Shown: piece by piece, positions 45,616 to 46,431 of the stretch | Layout: the number at the start of each line of letters is the position of its first letter | Position numbering within the stretch: the first letter of the stretch is position 1 | The notes under the pieces: generated by a model | Database searches by the model: none | What the model was told of the DNA's origin: nothing | Seen by the model: the letters and a program-made list of their open reading frames with translations, nothing else | Virus record (IMG/VR): IMGVR_UViG_3300020045_009074 | Coordinates: 1-46,431 of that record | Length of the DNA stretch: 46,431 nucleotides | Source of the DNA: a virus | Taxonomy: Duplodnaviria > Caudoviricetes | Strand: one strand, 5' to 3' | Translations under genes and position numbers: made by a program

Positions 45616-45940
45616 TTTTTATTCTTTTTAATGAGGAAAGCTTGGACTGCCAATAAGTGTTATAAGTCGCGCAAAACATCCATGCCATATTATTGCGAAT
45701 TGCTATAATCTCTGATTGAGGTTTTCCGGTATAATGTTCTTCGGCAACAATATCCCCAACTTTCAGCGGTTGCTTGATGAGTTCGGAAATATGCGTTGTA
45801 TCAATATAAAGCCTGACATCTCTATCGACCCCTACTTCCAAACGTATTTTTATCCTTTCGATATCTACAAATTCTTCAACAACCCCACGAATCACAACCT
45901 CATCCCCAACCTCAATCTCGCCTTCGTATTTTTTAGTCAT
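45608..45940 (-). CDS. Hypothetical protein (tandem paralog)
   Basis: MTKKYEGEIEVGDEVVIRG...ISELIK..LKVGD. Confidence 0.65.
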   Translation of the reverse strand: MTKKYEGEIEVGDEVVIRGVVEEFVDIERIKIRLEVGVDRDVRLYIDTTHISELIKQPLKVGDIVAEEHYTGKPQSEIIAIRNNMAWMFCATYNTYWQSKLSSLKRIKNA

Positions 45941-46253
45941 TTTTTACTTTTCTAATATATTTTACTGGTTGCATAACACAAAACCGATCGCCTAGTCTTG
46001 CGGCGAATACCATTTTGTTGTAAATGCATAAAATCTCAAATTCACCGGAGTGATCGTGAGCAGTGATGAGGTCGCCAATCTTAAAATCAGCCTTAATCAA
46101 TTCCGAAATTCTTTCTAATCCGACGCTTACGTACTGCCCCTCAATTTTTACGGAAATAGAGGTTTCATCAGTAAAGTTCATTACATTGTCCACCGTTCCG
46201 CGAATTAAAACTTCGTCGCCTTCTTCAATGTTTCCATCGAATTTTTTAGTCAT
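45933..46253 (-). CDS. Hypothetical protein (tandem paralog)
   Basis: MTKKFDGNIEEGDEVLIRG...ISELIK..FKIGD. Confidence 0.65.
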   Translation of the reverse strand: MTKKFDGNIEEGDEVLIRGTVDNVMNFTDETSISVKIEGQYVSVGLERISELIKADFKIGDLITAHDHSGEFEILCIYNKMVFAARLGDRFCVMQPVKYIRKVKND

Positions 46254-46310
46254 TTTAAGGGCTCCCAAAGTTCCAATAAATGCTTAAGGCGTGGCTTTAA
46301 AAAGTCAATC

Positions 46311-46431
46311 ACGTTCGGTTCGTCTGCCCTGCAAACCTCAACAAATGAATATTGGAATAGTCCTTTCCGTTGTCCCATCCAAAAAAGTTTTAGAACGCCA
46401 TTCCTATAATTCTGATCGCCATTAAAATTAC
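46311..46431. repeat. Terminal direct repeat, copy 2
   Basis: Identical to 1-121. Confidence 0.97.

Overview
Apparently complete, circular ~46.3 kb tailed-phage genome: positions 1-121 equal 46311-46431, and an ORF reads through the junction. It is podovirus-like with a P22-type portal, gp10 and ejection-gene layout. Embedded Rz/Rz1 spanins imply a Gram-negative host. The plus strand carries Cro-like, replication initiator, endonuclease and Q-like genes, a tRNA-Met(CAT), then terminase, portal, GroES-like, scaffold, capsid, tail, ejection and lysis genes. One long minus-strand early region (5806 down through the junction to 38547) is unusually rich in RNA-handling functions. It holds a Ro60/TROVE gene preceded by two Y RNAs, a Tad2/DUF2829-like protein, a ~1.5 kb non-coding array of interlocking anticodon-less tRNA-like RNA modules (43217-44714), an ATP-dependent RNA ligase and a DEDDh exonuclease. 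That array with its RNA-handling neighbours is the best candidate for an undescribed system. No integrase or CI repressor was recognised. All calls are by eye; no searches or folding programs were run.
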